From positions 1-62,295 of the forward strand of contig CALHCJ010000014.1 in assembly GCA_937936275.1 (NCBI GenBank): 62,295 nt of DNA, read 5' to 3'. This document shows positions 11,045 to 21,722 of this stretch, piece after piece. Position 1 is the stretch's first letter, and each line of letters begins with the position of its first letter. Under the pieces are notes generated by a model that worked only from the letters and a program-made list of their open reading frames with translations, was not told the origin of the DNA and made no database searches. Both the position numbers and the translations under genes were made by a program. Source of the stretch: an uncultured Flavobacteriaceae bacterium. Lineage in GTDB: Bacteria > Bacteroidota > Bacteroidia > Flavobacteriales > Flavobacteriaceae.

Positions 11045-12610
11045 TTAGTGGTTTGATAATTCAAAACCCTCAGTTTCGTCATCGTGGATGATGGTTTCTT
11101 TATCTTCAGCTCCATGGGTTAACCTTTTAAGAGGCTTCAATAATAGAATTACTAAAAGACCAAATGCAACCGCAAATATAAATAGCCCTAAGAATATTTC
11201 AAATTCACCTGCTTCTTGTGATTTTTCTCCAATTACGCCGGCAACTTTATTTCCTAAACCCGTTGCTGCCCAATACACACCCATCATTAAAGCCATATAT
11301 CTTGCCGGTGCCAATTTAGTAAAGAATGATAGAGAGACTGGAGATAAACACAATTCTCCTAAAGTGTGGAACAGATATGCAAGTACCAACCAGTACATTG
11401 CTGAACTTCCATTTGCCTCGTATTGCATCGATGCCAAAACCATATAAACAAAACCCACACCCATTATGATAACTCCCACAGCCATTTTGAATAATGATGA
11501 GGCTTCTTTTCCCTTTAGCTTTCTTTTCGCCCAAAAGTTTGCAACCAAGACAGCGAATAAAATTATAAAACCAGCATTGGCTCCTTGGAACCAAGCCGTT
11601 GGAACCTCCCACCCCATCAACATTCTATTGGTTTTTTCTTCTGCGTAAAGATTCATTAATCCTCCCATTTGCTCGAAACAACCCCAGAATACTATTACCA
11701 TTAATAGTGATAATAGTAAAACTACGTACCTATCTTTCTCAACTTGTCCGTTCAAATTTTTATAAATCATCATCATCATGCCAGTTACAAAAGCAAGAAA
11801 CAGATAGAGTGCCGTAAACCCCCAGCTATCATTTCCATCATAGGTCAAACCAGCATATACAGCATAGATCACAATTAATACTGTGATACCCAGCTGTAAG
11901 GGCGATTTAAACAATTGCGAAGTAAGAGTACCTATACTGATATCATTGGACTTCTCTTCTTTCGTTGGTTCATTTCCTACATGGGTTAAAAATCGTTGCC
12001 CATACAAGTAAACTAAAAGACCTAATAACATTCCAATACCAGCCAGACCGAAACCATAATGCCAACCGTATAACGCAGCTACCAAACCAACGGAAAGTGA
12101 GGCTGTGAATGATCCCAAATTTATACCAACATAAAAAATACTGAATCCCTTATCTCTACGAATATCGTTTTGCTTATATAAGCCGCCTACCATAGTAGAT
12201 ATATTTGGCTTTAACATTCCAACTCCAAGAATTACTAATCCAAGACCTGTATAATAAGCCCAAACGGCATCGATCGCCAAAACCCCGTGACCAGCCGTTA
12301 ATAAAATCGCGCCTATTGTAACTGCTTTCTTTTGTCCAATTAAACGGTCAGCAATAAAACCTCCAGGAATACTCATCAAGTATACCAACATCGTATACCA
12401 ACCATATAAAGCAAGTGCCTCCGTGCTTGTCCAACCCAAACCACTTTGCGGATCATTTTCAAGTGTTTTAGCGGTCATATAGATCGTTAATAAAGCTCTC
12501 ATACCGTAATAGGAAAAACGTTCCCACATTTCTGTGAAGAACAAAACATATAGCCCTACGGGATGTCCGAAAAGTTCTTTTTGATGTGCTGGTTTCACTG
12601 TACCTTCCAT
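11045..12610 (-). CDS. POT family proton-dependent di/tripeptide transporter
   Basis: EMWERFSYYGM, FYVGINLG, GELCLSP. Confidence 0.95.
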   Translation of the reverse strand: MEGTVKPAHQKELFGHPVGLYVLFFTEMWERFSYYGMRALLTIYMTAKTLENDPQSGLGWTSTEALALYGWYTMLVYLMSIPGGFIADRLIGQKKAVTIGAILLTAGHGVLAIDAVWAYYTGLGLVILGVGMLKPNISTMVGGLYKQNDIRRDKGFSIFYVGINLGSFTASLSVGLVAALYGWHYGFGLAGIGMLLGLLVYLYGQRFLTHVGNEPTKEEKSNDISIGTLTSQLFKSPLQLGITVLIVIYAVYAGLTYDGNDSWGFTALYLFLAFVTGMMMMIYKNLNGQVEKDRYVVLLLSLLMVIVFWGCFEQMGGLMNLYAEEKTNRMLMGWEVPTAWFQGANAGFIILFAVLVANFWAKRKLKGKEASSLFKMAVGVIIMGVGFVYMVLASMQYEANGSSAMYWLVLAYLFHTLGELCLSPVSLSFFTKLAPARYMALMMGVYWAATGLGNKVAGVIGEKSQEAGEFEIFLGLFIFAVAFGLLVILLLKPLKRLTHGAEDKETIIHDDETEGFELSNH

Positions 12611-12626
12611 AAATAATTAGGTTTAA

Positions 12627-14792
12627 TTATAAGTTCGATTTTAAAAAACTAGTCATTTTATTAAACAATTGTATACGGGTGTTCCCTCCGTAAATGCCAT
12701 GATTCTTATCTGGATATATAGCCCAATCGAATTGCTTGTTGGCTTGTATTAAAGCTTCAATCATTCGCATACTATTTTGCACGTGTACATTATCATCACC
12801 AGAACCATGAATCAGTAAATAGTTTCCTTTCAGTAATTCAGGGTAATTGAAAGGTGAATTATCGTCGTAACCACTAGGGTTTTCTTCTGGTGTTCGCATG
12901 AATCGTTCTGTATAAATTGTATCATAAAAACGCCATGAGGTTACTGGAGCTACCGCAATTGCTGTTTCAAAAACATCATTCCCTTTTAAAATACAATTGG
13001 TAGCCATATGACCACCGAAACTCCAGCCCCAAATTCCGGTTCTTTTCTCATCAATGTATGGGAGTTCACTTAACTTTTTTGCCGCAGCGATTTGATCTTC
13101 CGTCTCATACTTTACCAAATTCATATAGGTAACCTTTTTAAAGTCGCTACCTTTAAAGCCCGTTCCGCGACCGTCAACGCAAACTACAATATACCCCTCA
13201 GAAACTAACATTTGATGCCAATAATCATTGGCGCCATTCCATCGATTTGAAACATTTTGAGATCCCGGACCACTATACTGATACATTAATAACGGATACT
13301 TTTTTGATGTATCGAAATCTTTAGGTTTCATCATATACATATTCAAATCATTTCCGTTGATAGAAATCGTTGAGAACTCTTTAGCACTCATTTCATAGCT
13401 TTCTAGCTTATTTAATAGGGCCGTATTATCCTTAATATCTTTTATTTTCTTACCTGTTAAAGCCTTATGAAGGGTATAGGTATTTGGAGTATAAGCATTA
13501 GAATAGGTATTAATAAAATAAGTAAAGTTGGTATTGAAATCGGCAGAATTTGTTCCTGCTTTTGTTGCTAACTGTTTCTTTCCTGTACCACCACTTTCAA
13601 TGCTATAAACTCCTCTATTTATTGATCCATTCTCGGTAGATTGGTAATAAATTCGATCTTCATTTTGATCATAGCCATAGTATTTGGTCACTTCCCAATC
13701 TCCTTTTGTAATCTGATTCATTAGAGGTCCTGCTTCACTGTATAGATAAATATGATTGTACCCATCTTGCTCACTGGTCCATATAAAACTGTCATCGGCC
13801 AAGAAGGTTAAGTTGTCGGTTATATCAATATAAGCTTTATCTGTTTCTTCTAATAAAATAGAGGCTTCATTGGTTCTTGCATCTACGGTATGTAGTTTTA
13901 AATGATTTTGATGTCTGTTGATGGTTTGAACACTTAACTTGTTCGGGTTATTCATCCATTTAATCCTAGGAATATAATAGGCTTCACCTAAATCAACTTT
14001 TGAAGTGTTCTGCGTTTTTAGATCGTATAAATGCAAGGATACTTTTGCATTCTCTTCTCCAGCTTTCGGATATTTGAAAACATATGGTTTAGGATAAAGA
14101 TCAGTACCGTAAACATCCATAGAAAACTCAGGCACATTGGTCTCATCAAAACGTAAAAAGTCAATCTTGCTTCCAGTCGTATTCCATTGAAAAGCCCTAA
14201 CAAAGGCAAATTCTTCTTCATAAACCCAATCGGTTACTCCGTTTATGATTTTATTTTTCTCACCATCTGCGGTAATTTGTTCTGTGCTTTTTGATTCAAT
14301 ATTGAAAATGTAAATATTATTTTCAAAAACATACGCAACTTCTTTACCATTAGGTGAAATGCTAGGCTCTTGAATTTTATGATCTGCAATTTTCACCAGA
14401 CTTTTCGATGCAATATCATAAACATAGAAAATACCCAATTTTGATCGTCTGAAAATCGGCTCTAATGCCGTAGCCAAAAGTATTTTCTTTTCATCTTTAG
14501 TAAATTCGTACGAAGAGAAGCTTTCTATACCATTTAAATCGGCTGAAGAAACGATAGTTTTTACCTTTTCTAAGGTGTGATAATTATAGGCGTCTAAGGT
14601 GGTTGTTCCTGTAACTCGATTGGTATTCAAAACTGTATACTGCTTTCCGTTATTCATCGATCTCAGGACGTCTAAACCTTCTGTTCGAAAAGCTCCATTA
14701 TAAATATCTTCAACTGTAATCTGCTTTTTTTGAGCAAATGTTGGAGTCAAAACGAGCATTAACAAAAACAACAAAATGTTTAATTTTTTCAT
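12627..14792 (-). CDS. Dipeptidyl peptidase IV (S9B)
   Basis: DWVYEEE, GWSFGG nucleophile, DDNVH, catalytic His in NHGI; signal peptide. Confidence 0.95.
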   Translation of the reverse strand: MKKLNILLFLLMLVLTPTFAQKKQITVEDIYNGAFRTEGLDVLRSMNNGKQYTVLNTNRVTGTTTLDAYNYHTLEKVKTIVSSADLNGIESFSSYEFTKDEKKILLATALEPIFRRSKLGIFYVYDIASKSLVKIADHKIQEPSISPNGKEVAYVFENNIYIFNIESKSTEQITADGEKNKIINGVTDWVYEEEFAFVRAFQWNTTGSKIDFLRFDETNVPEFSMDVYGTDLYPKPYVFKYPKAGEENAKVSLHLYDLKTQNTSKVDLGEAYYIPRIKWMNNPNKLSVQTINRHQNHLKLHTVDARTNEASILLEETDKAYIDITDNLTFLADDSFIWTSEQDGYNHIYLYSEAGPLMNQITKGDWEVTKYYGYDQNEDRIYYQSTENGSINRGVYSIESGGTGKKQLATKAGTNSADFNTNFTYFINTYSNAYTPNTYTLHKALTGKKIKDIKDNTALLNKLESYEMSAKEFSTISINGNDLNMYMMKPKDFDTSKKYPLLMYQYSGPGSQNVSNRWNGANDYWHQMLVSEGYIVVCVDGRGTGFKGSDFKKVTYMNLVKYETEDQIAAAKKLSELPYIDEKRTGIWGWSFGGHMATNCILKGNDVFETAIAVAPVTSWRFYDTIYTERFMRTPEENPSGYDDNSPFNYPELLKGNYLLIHGSGDDNVHVQNSMRMIEALIQANKQFDWAIYPDKNHGIYGGNTRIQLFNKMTSFLKSNL

Positions 14793-14955
14793 AAATATGT
14801 GAAATGAGTTAAATCTTTCAAGTTTACTAATAATTAGAAGAATAATAGCAGTTTGCTTTAAAAAAGACTACATTTTTTACCTGTCAGGTAAATGAAATCA
14901 AGTTTTGAGTCCATCTGCCTTTATTCCTATCTTTACCCAACAAACCAAATACTTC

Positions 14956-16272
14956 ATGCATACGCCTATAGAGGGGTTTTCGAAACTCACGAAAGAAGAA
15001 AAAATCGATTGGATTGTCACCAATTACACCCACAATTCAGAAATATCAAAAGCTATTTTAAAAAAGTACTGGAACGCTGACACCGAGTTGCAAAAGCTTC
15101 ATGACGAGTTTATTGAAAATACAATATCAAACTACTATTTACCACTTGGCATTGCTCCGAATTTTTTAATCAATAATAGCTTGTATGCCATCCCCATGGC
15201 TATTGAAGAAAGTTCGGTAGTGGCTGCGGCTAGTAAAGCGGCAAAATTTTGGTTAGACCGTGGTGGATTCAAAACAAGCATTATAGGTACCGAAAAAATA
15301 GGCCAAGTTCATTTTATGTATCCCGGTGATGAGAAAAAGTTAAAAGCTTTTTTTCGAATGGTAAAACCCATATTACTCCAAGAAGCAACGGCCATTACCA
15401 AAAATATGGAGAAACGCGGTGGCGGTATTTCAAAAATTGAGCTTCGAAATAAATCTGAAAAACTTAAAGGCTATTTTCAATTGCACTGCACTTTTGAAAC
15501 ACTAGATGCAATGGGAGCAAATTTTATCAACTCCTGTTTAGAGCAATTTGCAAAGACATTTAAAAGGGAAGCTTTGCAGTATTCACCGTTTACTGCCGAA
15601 GAAAAGAATATTGAAATTGTCATGAGCATTCTCAGTAATTATGTTCCAAACTGCCTAGTCAGAGCGGAAGTCAGTTGCCCAGTAGAGCGCCTAACGAATG
15701 ACCCAAAAAAAGCGTCTGAGTTTGCGAATAAAATGATACAAGCCATCGCCATTGCTAAGGTCGAACCACATCGCGCTGTGACTCACAATAAAGGAATTAT
15801 GAACGGTATCGACGCTGTCATTTTAGCAACCGGAAATGATTTTAGAGCTGTAGAAGCTGGAGTACATGCCTATGCAGCTAAAGATGGAGACTATACAAGT
15901 CTTACAGATGCAAGTATTGAAAATGGAATTTTTAAATTCTGGATTGAAATTCCTTTGGCATTGGGTACCGTAGGTGGTTTGACAAACTTACATCCTTTGG
16001 TAAAACTTGCTTTAGAAATTTTACAAAAACCTTCTGCAAAAGAACTTATGCAAATTGTCGCTGTTGCAGGACTTGCACAAAATTTTGCTGCTATTCGATC
16101 ATTGGTTACTACCGGAATTCAAGAAGGTCATATGAAGATGCATTTATTGAACATTCTAAATCAATTAGGTGCCACCGAAGAAGAAAAAATAACCCTAACG
16201 AATCATTTTAAAAAGAATACGGCAACGCACAGTTCTGTTGTGAAGGCTTTCGAAAATCTAAGAGGCCTATGA
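14956..16272 (+). CDS. HMG-CoA reductase, class II
   Basis: EESSVVAAAS, DAMGANF, THNKGIMNG, GNDFRA, GHMKMH; ATG at 14956 preferred over TTG at 14905. Confidence 0.93.
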   Translation: MHTPIEGFSKLTKEEKIDWIVTNYTHNSEISKAILKKYWNADTELQKLHDEFIENTISNYYLPLGIAPNFLINNSLYAIPMAIEESSVVAAASKAAKFWLDRGGFKTSIIGTEKIGQVHFMYPGDEKKLKAFFRMVKPILLQEATAITKNMEKRGGGISKIELRNKSEKLKGYFQLHCTFETLDAMGANFINSCLEQFAKTFKREALQYSPFTAEEKNIEIVMSILSNYVPNCLVRAEVSCPVERLTNDPKKASEFANKMIQAIAIAKVEPHRAVTHNKGIMNGIDAVILATGNDFRAVEAGVHAYAAKDGDYTSLTDASIENGIFKFWIEIPLALGTVGGLTNLHPLVKLALEILQKPSAKELMQIVAVAGLAQNFAAIRSLVTTGIQEGHMKMHLLNILNQLGATEEEKITLTNHFKKNTATHSSVVKAFENLRGL

Positions 16273-17177
16273 GTCAAGAATTTTACAGCAACGGAAAACT
16301 TTTATTGTCGGGAGAATATGCTGTCTTAGATGGAGCATTGGCCTGGGCAATACCAACAAAATTTGGTCAATTTTTATCCGTATCTAATACAAGGACCAAA
16401 CATATTTATTGGAGAAGTTTGGATGAAACAAATAGGGTGTGGTTTGAAGCAACATACGAAATCGAAACCTTCAAAGAAATCAGTTCAACAGATCAAGAAG
16501 TCTCCGAGGCACTTCAAAACATTCTTATCCAAGCACGACAACTAAATCTAAGTTTCTTAAAAGAGGAACTAGGTTATCGTATTGAAACAAGACTCACTTT
16601 TTCTAGAAATTGGGGTTTGGGTTCATCATCTACCCTAATTAACAATATTGCCGAATGGGCGAAAGTAGACGCGTATGAACTACTAAAAAACACCTTTGGC
16701 GGAAGTGGATATGATATCGCTTGCGCCAAAACTGAAGCTCCTATTCTATATCAGCTGATAAATGAAAAACCTAATTTGAAAATAGTTGATCAAAAACCAT
16801 CTTTTGCTGATCAGATTTACTTTGTTTTTTTAAATAAAAAGAAAAACAGTAGGGAAGCCATAACCGCCTATCGAGAAAGAAATTTTGATAAACAAAAGCT
16901 TGTAACTCAAATTACTCAGCTGACGCGAGAGATGGTTGCTTCAACAAGTCTTCAGGAATTTGAAGATCTAATAGTTGCTCATGAAAGCCTGCTTTCGACT
17001 ACACTTGGTATAGCTACCGTTAAATCACAATTGTTTTCTGACTATACGGGGGTCGTCAAAAGTTTAGGTGGTTGGGGAGGTGATTTTGTTTTAGCCACAG
17101 GTGACGCTGCCACACCTTATTATTTTAAGGATAAAGGTTATCCAATTGTGATCTCATTTAAAGAAATGATTTTATAA
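16269..17177 (+). CDS. GYDIA-type GHMP kinase (putative phosphomevalonate kinase)
   Basis: GKLLLSGEY, WGLGSSS, GSGYDIA, KSLGGWGGD; coupled to HMG-CoA reductase. Confidence 0.85.
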   Translation: MSQEFYSNGKLLLSGEYAVLDGALAWAIPTKFGQFLSVSNTRTKHIYWRSLDETNRVWFEATYEIETFKEISSTDQEVSEALQNILIQARQLNLSFLKEELGYRIETRLTFSRNWGLGSSSTLINNIAEWAKVDAYELLKNTFGGSGYDIACAKTEAPILYQLINEKPNLKIVDQKPSFADQIYFVFLNKKKNSREAITAYRERNFDKQKLVTQITQLTREMVASTSLQEFEDLIVAHESLLSTTLGIATVKSQLFSDYTGVVKSLGGWGGDFVLATGDAATPYYFKDKGYPIVISFKEMIL

Positions 17178-17204
17178 AAAAACCTCCTGTTATCAGGAGG
17201 CTTT
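17176..17204. terminator. Intrinsic terminator between convergent genes
   Basis: A-run, then cctcctg-ttat-caggagg, then cttt. Confidence 0.8.
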
Positions 17205-17226
17205 CCATTATTGTATGACTACTTTG

Positions 17227-19344
17227 TTAATAAAAGGTAGCTCTATTATCTTCTATTTCAGAAGCTTCTTTCAAAGCATTGTAAACCGCTGTAGTAACTC
17301 GCGAAGTACTGGTCGTAGTTAATGTATTTGCATAGGTACTATAATTATCTAACTGAGCTGCTTCCTCTTTTCTAGTGACATTGATCATAAAAACACCAGA
17401 TTGTCCTTCGATCAAACCCGAAGTTTCGCCCTCGTTCATGGCATAAGCGGTACCAACGACTACGGGTTCGCTTCCCGCACCTGGTATGGTTGGTGATTTT
17501 ACCGTCAAAGCTGTTGCATTAGAAATCGTAACGTTTGAATCGCTTGCGATATCTTCCATAGACTTCCCTTGATACTGAGCAATGATCTGATCTGCCTTTC
17601 TTTCTTTTCGAATTAAAGGTAATACCCTAGCAGATGCATCTTCAACTGACATTGTTCCCTCTCTATAAATTGCTGTTAGCTGAGCAATGGCATACCCATT
17701 ATTTACATTAAATCTTTTAATATCTCCAAGCTCTGTGTCGTCATTAAAAATCCATTGCACTAAACCACGTTGTGTACCAAGACCAGGAATGTTTTCATCT
17801 AGCTCTCTAGCTTTATAGTTTCTAACTGTATAGTTTTCATCTTTTGCTAAATCTGGAAAGTTCTTTTCGCCTGACGTGGTTGCCATCTCAAATTTAGTAG
17901 CATCAGTAAACAGAGTATTGATAGTTTCCTCGGAGGCTTCAATCAAACGAGCCAAGTGACCAATTTGTACGAGATCTTGCTTGTCGTCAACCTTAATTAC
18001 ATGAAAACCAAACTCCGTTTCTACCATTCCTATATTTCCAATCTTATTCGCAAACGCAAAATCACTAAAAGCAGGAACCATTTTTTCTCTTCTGAAAAAA
18101 CCTAAATCTCCGCCAGTAGGTGCAGAACCACCATCTGAATTTGCTTTTGCTAATTCAGCAAAATCAGCGCCTGCTTTTTTTGCATCACGCAATAATTCTT
18201 TTGCTCTTTCTTCTGCTTCCTCTTTTGTTCTTTTCACCTCTGGATTTGCTCTCTGTGCACCTTCATAAGCTACTAGAATATGGCTTGCCTTAACAGAACC
18301 TTCTGCTTTTCTCGCCACCATTTTAGAAATCTTAAAATAATTTCCATCGCGGTAAGGGCCATAGGTTTCACCAACTTTCAAATTGATAAGAGTATCTGCA
18401 AATTGTACAGGTAATTCTCCTCTTGACTTAAATATCGTATCAAATTTAATATCAGAATACCGATCTAGAAATTCCCCTATGTTACTAGTATTTCTAAAAC
18501 CTAAAATTGTATCGGTCTGTTTGGTAGACTCATTATATTCTGCTCTGTTATCCATCAACTTCACAAGCTCTTCTTTTGCGGCAGTCTCATCAGCTGCTGA
18601 AGCCTTCTCTTCGAAGTATACAAATTGAATATCTCTAGACTTCTCTTGTTTGAAATCTTCCTCGTGAGCTTTAATGTAACTCTCTATTTCTCCCTTCGAG
18701 ACGGCAATAGAACTATCAGGAATACTCGAAAAAGGTATTCTAACATAGCGTAAATCGATTTTATCGTTTGCAAGTTTATAATCTAACTCACCTTCTTTTA
18801 AAGTTGCACCAACACCTGCCTTAATCAGGTTATAATACGTTTGTTCCTTATTGCTTTGAATGATGTTTTTTTCATCTTGTAACCATAATTGGTACGAACC
18901 ATCATTTCTTTCTTTCATATCTAAAATGAAGTCACGAAACTTTCCTTCGTCAAAAAAGCCATTTTCATCTTGAAACTGCGGACTCTGAGCATACCCTGGA
19001 ATATTCTTAATGTAGTTCATGATTTGATCTTCCTCGATATTGATACCTAAGTCATCAAATTGTTGAGATAAAATCGCACTTCTTACTTCTTGATCGAAGA
19101 CATTATTTACCAACTGCATTGAAGATGTATTGTTGGCATTATTTCTGGTAGCAATATCCATTTTTCTTCTAAAGACATCCACAGATATATCTTCTCCGTT
19201 AACCTCTGCCACCGAAGACCCAATCTTTCCACCGCCAAAATTATCAGCAGTAAAAATACCTGATACGATGAATGCAAAAAGTGCTAAGGCGATTACCAAA
19301 ATCAAAACGGTAGTCCGTTTTCTAATATTCTCTAAAATTGCCAT
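17227..19344 (-). CDS. PpiD/SurA-like periplasmic chaperone with parvulin domain
   Basis: N-terminal TM anchor, VKASHIL, GGDLG, MVPAF, ETEFGFHVIKV. Confidence 0.9.
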   Translation of the reverse strand: MAILENIRKRTTVLILVIALALFAFIVSGIFTADNFGGGKIGSSVAEVNGEDISVDVFRRKMDIATRNNANNTSSMQLVNNVFDQEVRSAILSQQFDDLGINIEEDQIMNYIKNIPGYAQSPQFQDENGFFDEGKFRDFILDMKERNDGSYQLWLQDEKNIIQSNKEQTYYNLIKAGVGATLKEGELDYKLANDKIDLRYVRIPFSSIPDSSIAVSKGEIESYIKAHEEDFKQEKSRDIQFVYFEEKASAADETAAKEELVKLMDNRAEYNESTKQTDTILGFRNTSNIGEFLDRYSDIKFDTIFKSRGELPVQFADTLINLKVGETYGPYRDGNYFKISKMVARKAEGSVKASHILVAYEGAQRANPEVKRTKEEAEERAKELLRDAKKAGADFAELAKANSDGGSAPTGGDLGFFRREKMVPAFSDFAFANKIGNIGMVETEFGFHVIKVDDKQDLVQIGHLARLIEASEETINTLFTDATKFEMATTSGEKNFPDLAKDENYTVRNYKARELDENIPGLGTQRGLVQWIFNDDTELGDIKRFNVNNGYAIAQLTAIYREGTMSVEDASARVLPLIRKERKADQIIAQYQGKSMEDIASDSNVTISNATALTVKSPTIPGAGSEPVVVGTAYAMNEGETSGLIEGQSGVFMINVTRKEEAAQLDNYSTYANTLTTTSTSRVTTAVYNALKEASEIEDNRATFY

Positions 19345-19617
19345 ACTATGGAGTATTTATTTATCTCTAATGTTATTGGGTGGCGAAATTACTATTTTCT
19401 TTTCACCTGTTCAAATTTATTGAAGGTATCTATTGGAGCTGTAGATGCTCTATTCCAAGAGGTTTGAGTTTAGATTTAAATCTCAGAAGACTGTTGTATT
19501 CGCTTTTGTAGTGGGCTACTTGAAATTTAATAAAAAGGAGAAGTACATCAGAGTGATTAGTTTTTATGCTAACCTCAATTTATCAAGATTGCCAAATAAT
19601 GAAGGTGCCGCAACACG

Positions 19618-20907
19618 CTATTCTGCTGCAATAACTTCTAGCAACACCAGATCAATTTTTGTGTTTGATACTTCTAATATGGTAAAACGAAAATTTTCAA
19701 TACTAATTTCTTGTTCTCGTTCAGGAATTTCTCCTGTTTCATGAACGATCAATCCGCCTAGAGTTTCATACTCATCGCCTTCTGGCAATTCAAGTTTATA
19801 GTTTTCATTTAAATAGTCTACCTCTAGTCTAGCAGAAAATTTGAATGAAGTATCATTCATTTGTTCTTCGATAAGGTCCGTTGAATCATGCTCATCTTCA
19901 ATTTCACCAAAAAGCTCTTCTACAATGTCTTCCATAGTCATAATACCCGACGTACCACCGTATTCATCTAAAACTACAGCAAGGCTTTTTCTTTTCTTGA
20001 TTAGCACCTTTAAAATATCATGCACCAACATCGTTTCTGGTACCAATTCTACCGGCCGAAGAATACTTTTAATCGTTTTCGGTTTTTTAAACAGTTCATA
20101 GGAATGCACGTATCCAATAATATCATCCACAGTATCCTTAAAAATTAAAATTTTAGAGTACCCGGTTTCCGTAAATAGTTTAGTCAGATTTTTAGGAGTT
20201 TCATGCAACTCAACCGCAGTAATCTCAGTGCGAGGCACCATCACTTCTCTAGCTTTTACCGCTGTAAATTCTAATGCATTTTGAAAAATCTGAATTTCAG
20301 AATCTACCTCATCTTCTTCTTCAACAGTTTCCATTTGTTCTGTAATATAATCACCAAGTTCAATTTTACTAAATGCTAACTGTACTTCATCACCTTCAGT
20401 TTTGAAAAAAGCCTTTAGAATAAAGTCGGAGATTGTAATAATGAAATCGGATACAAATGAAAATAGCACGTAGAATATATAGGCAGGAACCGCAAGAATT
20501 TTTAAAAGCTTGTTAGCATATATTTGAAACATGACCTTAGGTAAAAATTCTGCTGTCAAAAGAATGATAATCGTTGAAATTATAGTCTGACTGAGCAGAC
20601 TGAATTCATTTAGATAGTCGAATACGCGACTATCATATATGCTCGAAAGTCCTAACAACTTCGCAGTCAAAAAGTCACCCATAAAAATACCATATACAAC
20701 CAAAGCGATATTATTACCAATCAACATGGTAGCAATAAATTTGGAAGGTTTTTTAGTAAGTAATGTGAGTATTTTGGCTAGAAAACCCTCTTGTTTTTTC
20801 TCTATCTCTATATGTATCTTGTTTGATGATATAAAAGCAATTTCCATACCCGAAAAGAAAGCTGAAAATAGCAGAGATAAAATTATAATGATAATAGAAG
20901 TGTCCAA
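19618..20907 (-). CDS. Hemolysin/CNNM-CorC family protein (DUF21 + CBS pair + CorC)
   Basis: FFSGMEIA, AEFLPK, VMVPR, DEYGGTSG, EDIVEELFGEIEDEHD. Confidence 0.92.
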   Translation of the reverse strand: MDTSIIIIILSLLFSAFFSGMEIAFISSNKIHIEIEKKQEGFLAKILTLLTKKPSKFIATMLIGNNIALVVYGIFMGDFLTAKLLGLSSIYDSRVFDYLNEFSLLSQTIISTIIILLTAEFLPKVMFQIYANKLLKILAVPAYIFYVLFSFVSDFIITISDFILKAFFKTEGDEVQLAFSKIELGDYITEQMETVEEEDEVDSEIQIFQNALEFTAVKAREVMVPRTEITAVELHETPKNLTKLFTETGYSKILIFKDTVDDIIGYVHSYELFKKPKTIKSILRPVELVPETMLVHDILKVLIKKRKSLAVVLDEYGGTSGIMTMEDIVEELFGEIEDEHDSTDLIEEQMNDTSFKFSARLEVDYLNENYKLELPEGDEYETLGGLIVHETGEIPEREQEISIENFRFTILEVSNTKIDLVLLEVIAAE

Positions 20908-20910
20908 AGG

Positions 20911-21114
20911 CTACTGTTGGTTATCACGTTGTCGCTGCTCAAACCTTTTTCTATATTTTCTTCGGAACAAAAACATGCCAATAGCAGCGACAGTAAAAAA
21001 CATGAACAAGTATGCGTAATTTCGGTCGACATTCCACTGTTCAACTATTTTATAAATAGATCCTATGGCTACGAATAAATATAGATATTCGGTATATCGT
21101 AATATTTTAATCAT
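20911..21114 (-). CDS. Small 2-TM hypothetical protein
   Basis: 67 aa, overlaps the lptC stop, two hydrophobic segments and a basic tail. Confidence 0.75.
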   Translation of the reverse strand: MIKILRYTEYLYLFVAIGSIYKIVEQWNVDRNYAYLFMFFTVAAIGMFLFRRKYRKRFEQRQRDNQQ

Positions 21115-21721
21115 CTAATGTTTCTTTTTCTTCAGGTATGAGCATTAGCCCATTTGTTTTATGTGCAAATAAAAAGTTCTGATCTTTACTAAAATCCATA
21201 CCTTCTCCGTCCATTATAGTGCCGTCTTCAGGATTGGTATACTTGAATTTTTCTTTGGTAAATACCCATTCGTTATCTTGGTCTAAAAACAACTGTGGTG
21301 TTTCTAATTTTTTTCCATCGTGACTTTCCAAAACTACATTACCTTGTAAATCTATCAAATTCGTAGCAGAATAAATAATTCCATAATCAGCTTTAATGAT
21401 GCTTTTTTTATTTTCATCATCATAAAAATCGACTACTACTCCATTAGGAAAAATTTGATACGGAAATTCGAGATTTGTATAGTCTTCTCGTTTCGGACTT
21501 GTTAATACCGAAATTACTTTAGAAGTTTCGGTGGTATCAGTAGTCATTATTTCTCTCGTCTCGGTATAGGTAAAAACAAAGTTTTCAGCAACACCAATTG
21601 GAAAAACAAGTTTTTTCGCTTCATCACCTACTCTTTCGTAATTATCTCCACAGGAAAAAAAAAGCATTGCCGTAGAAACTACGGCAATGCTTTTAAAAAT
21701 AATATTCTTAATCTCAATCAT
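21107..21721 (-). CDS. lptC: LPS export periplasmic protein LptC-like
   Basis: Lipobox FFSC; beta-jellyroll pattern (FP.G..V.FYD, LIDLQGNV, LET.QL, G.GM). Confidence 0.75.
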   Translation of the reverse strand: MIEIKNIIFKSIAVVSTAMLFFSCGDNYERVGDEAKKLVFPIGVAENFVFTYTETREIMTTDTTETSKVISVLTSPKREDYTNLEFPYQIFPNGVVVDFYDDENKKSIIKADYGIIYSATNLIDLQGNVVLESHDGKKLETPQLFLDQDNEWVFTKEKFKYTNPEDGTIMDGEGMDFSKDQNFLFAHKTNGLMLIPEEKETLDD

Positions 21722-21722
21722 T

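Noticed and set aside
14956-17177. Mevalonate pathway genes as a horizontal acquisition
   Set aside because: Ordinary in Flavobacteriaceae and embedded among core genes
19445-19744. 99-aa plus-strand ORF
   Set aside because: Partly antisense to the CorC-like gene and has no recognisable motifs
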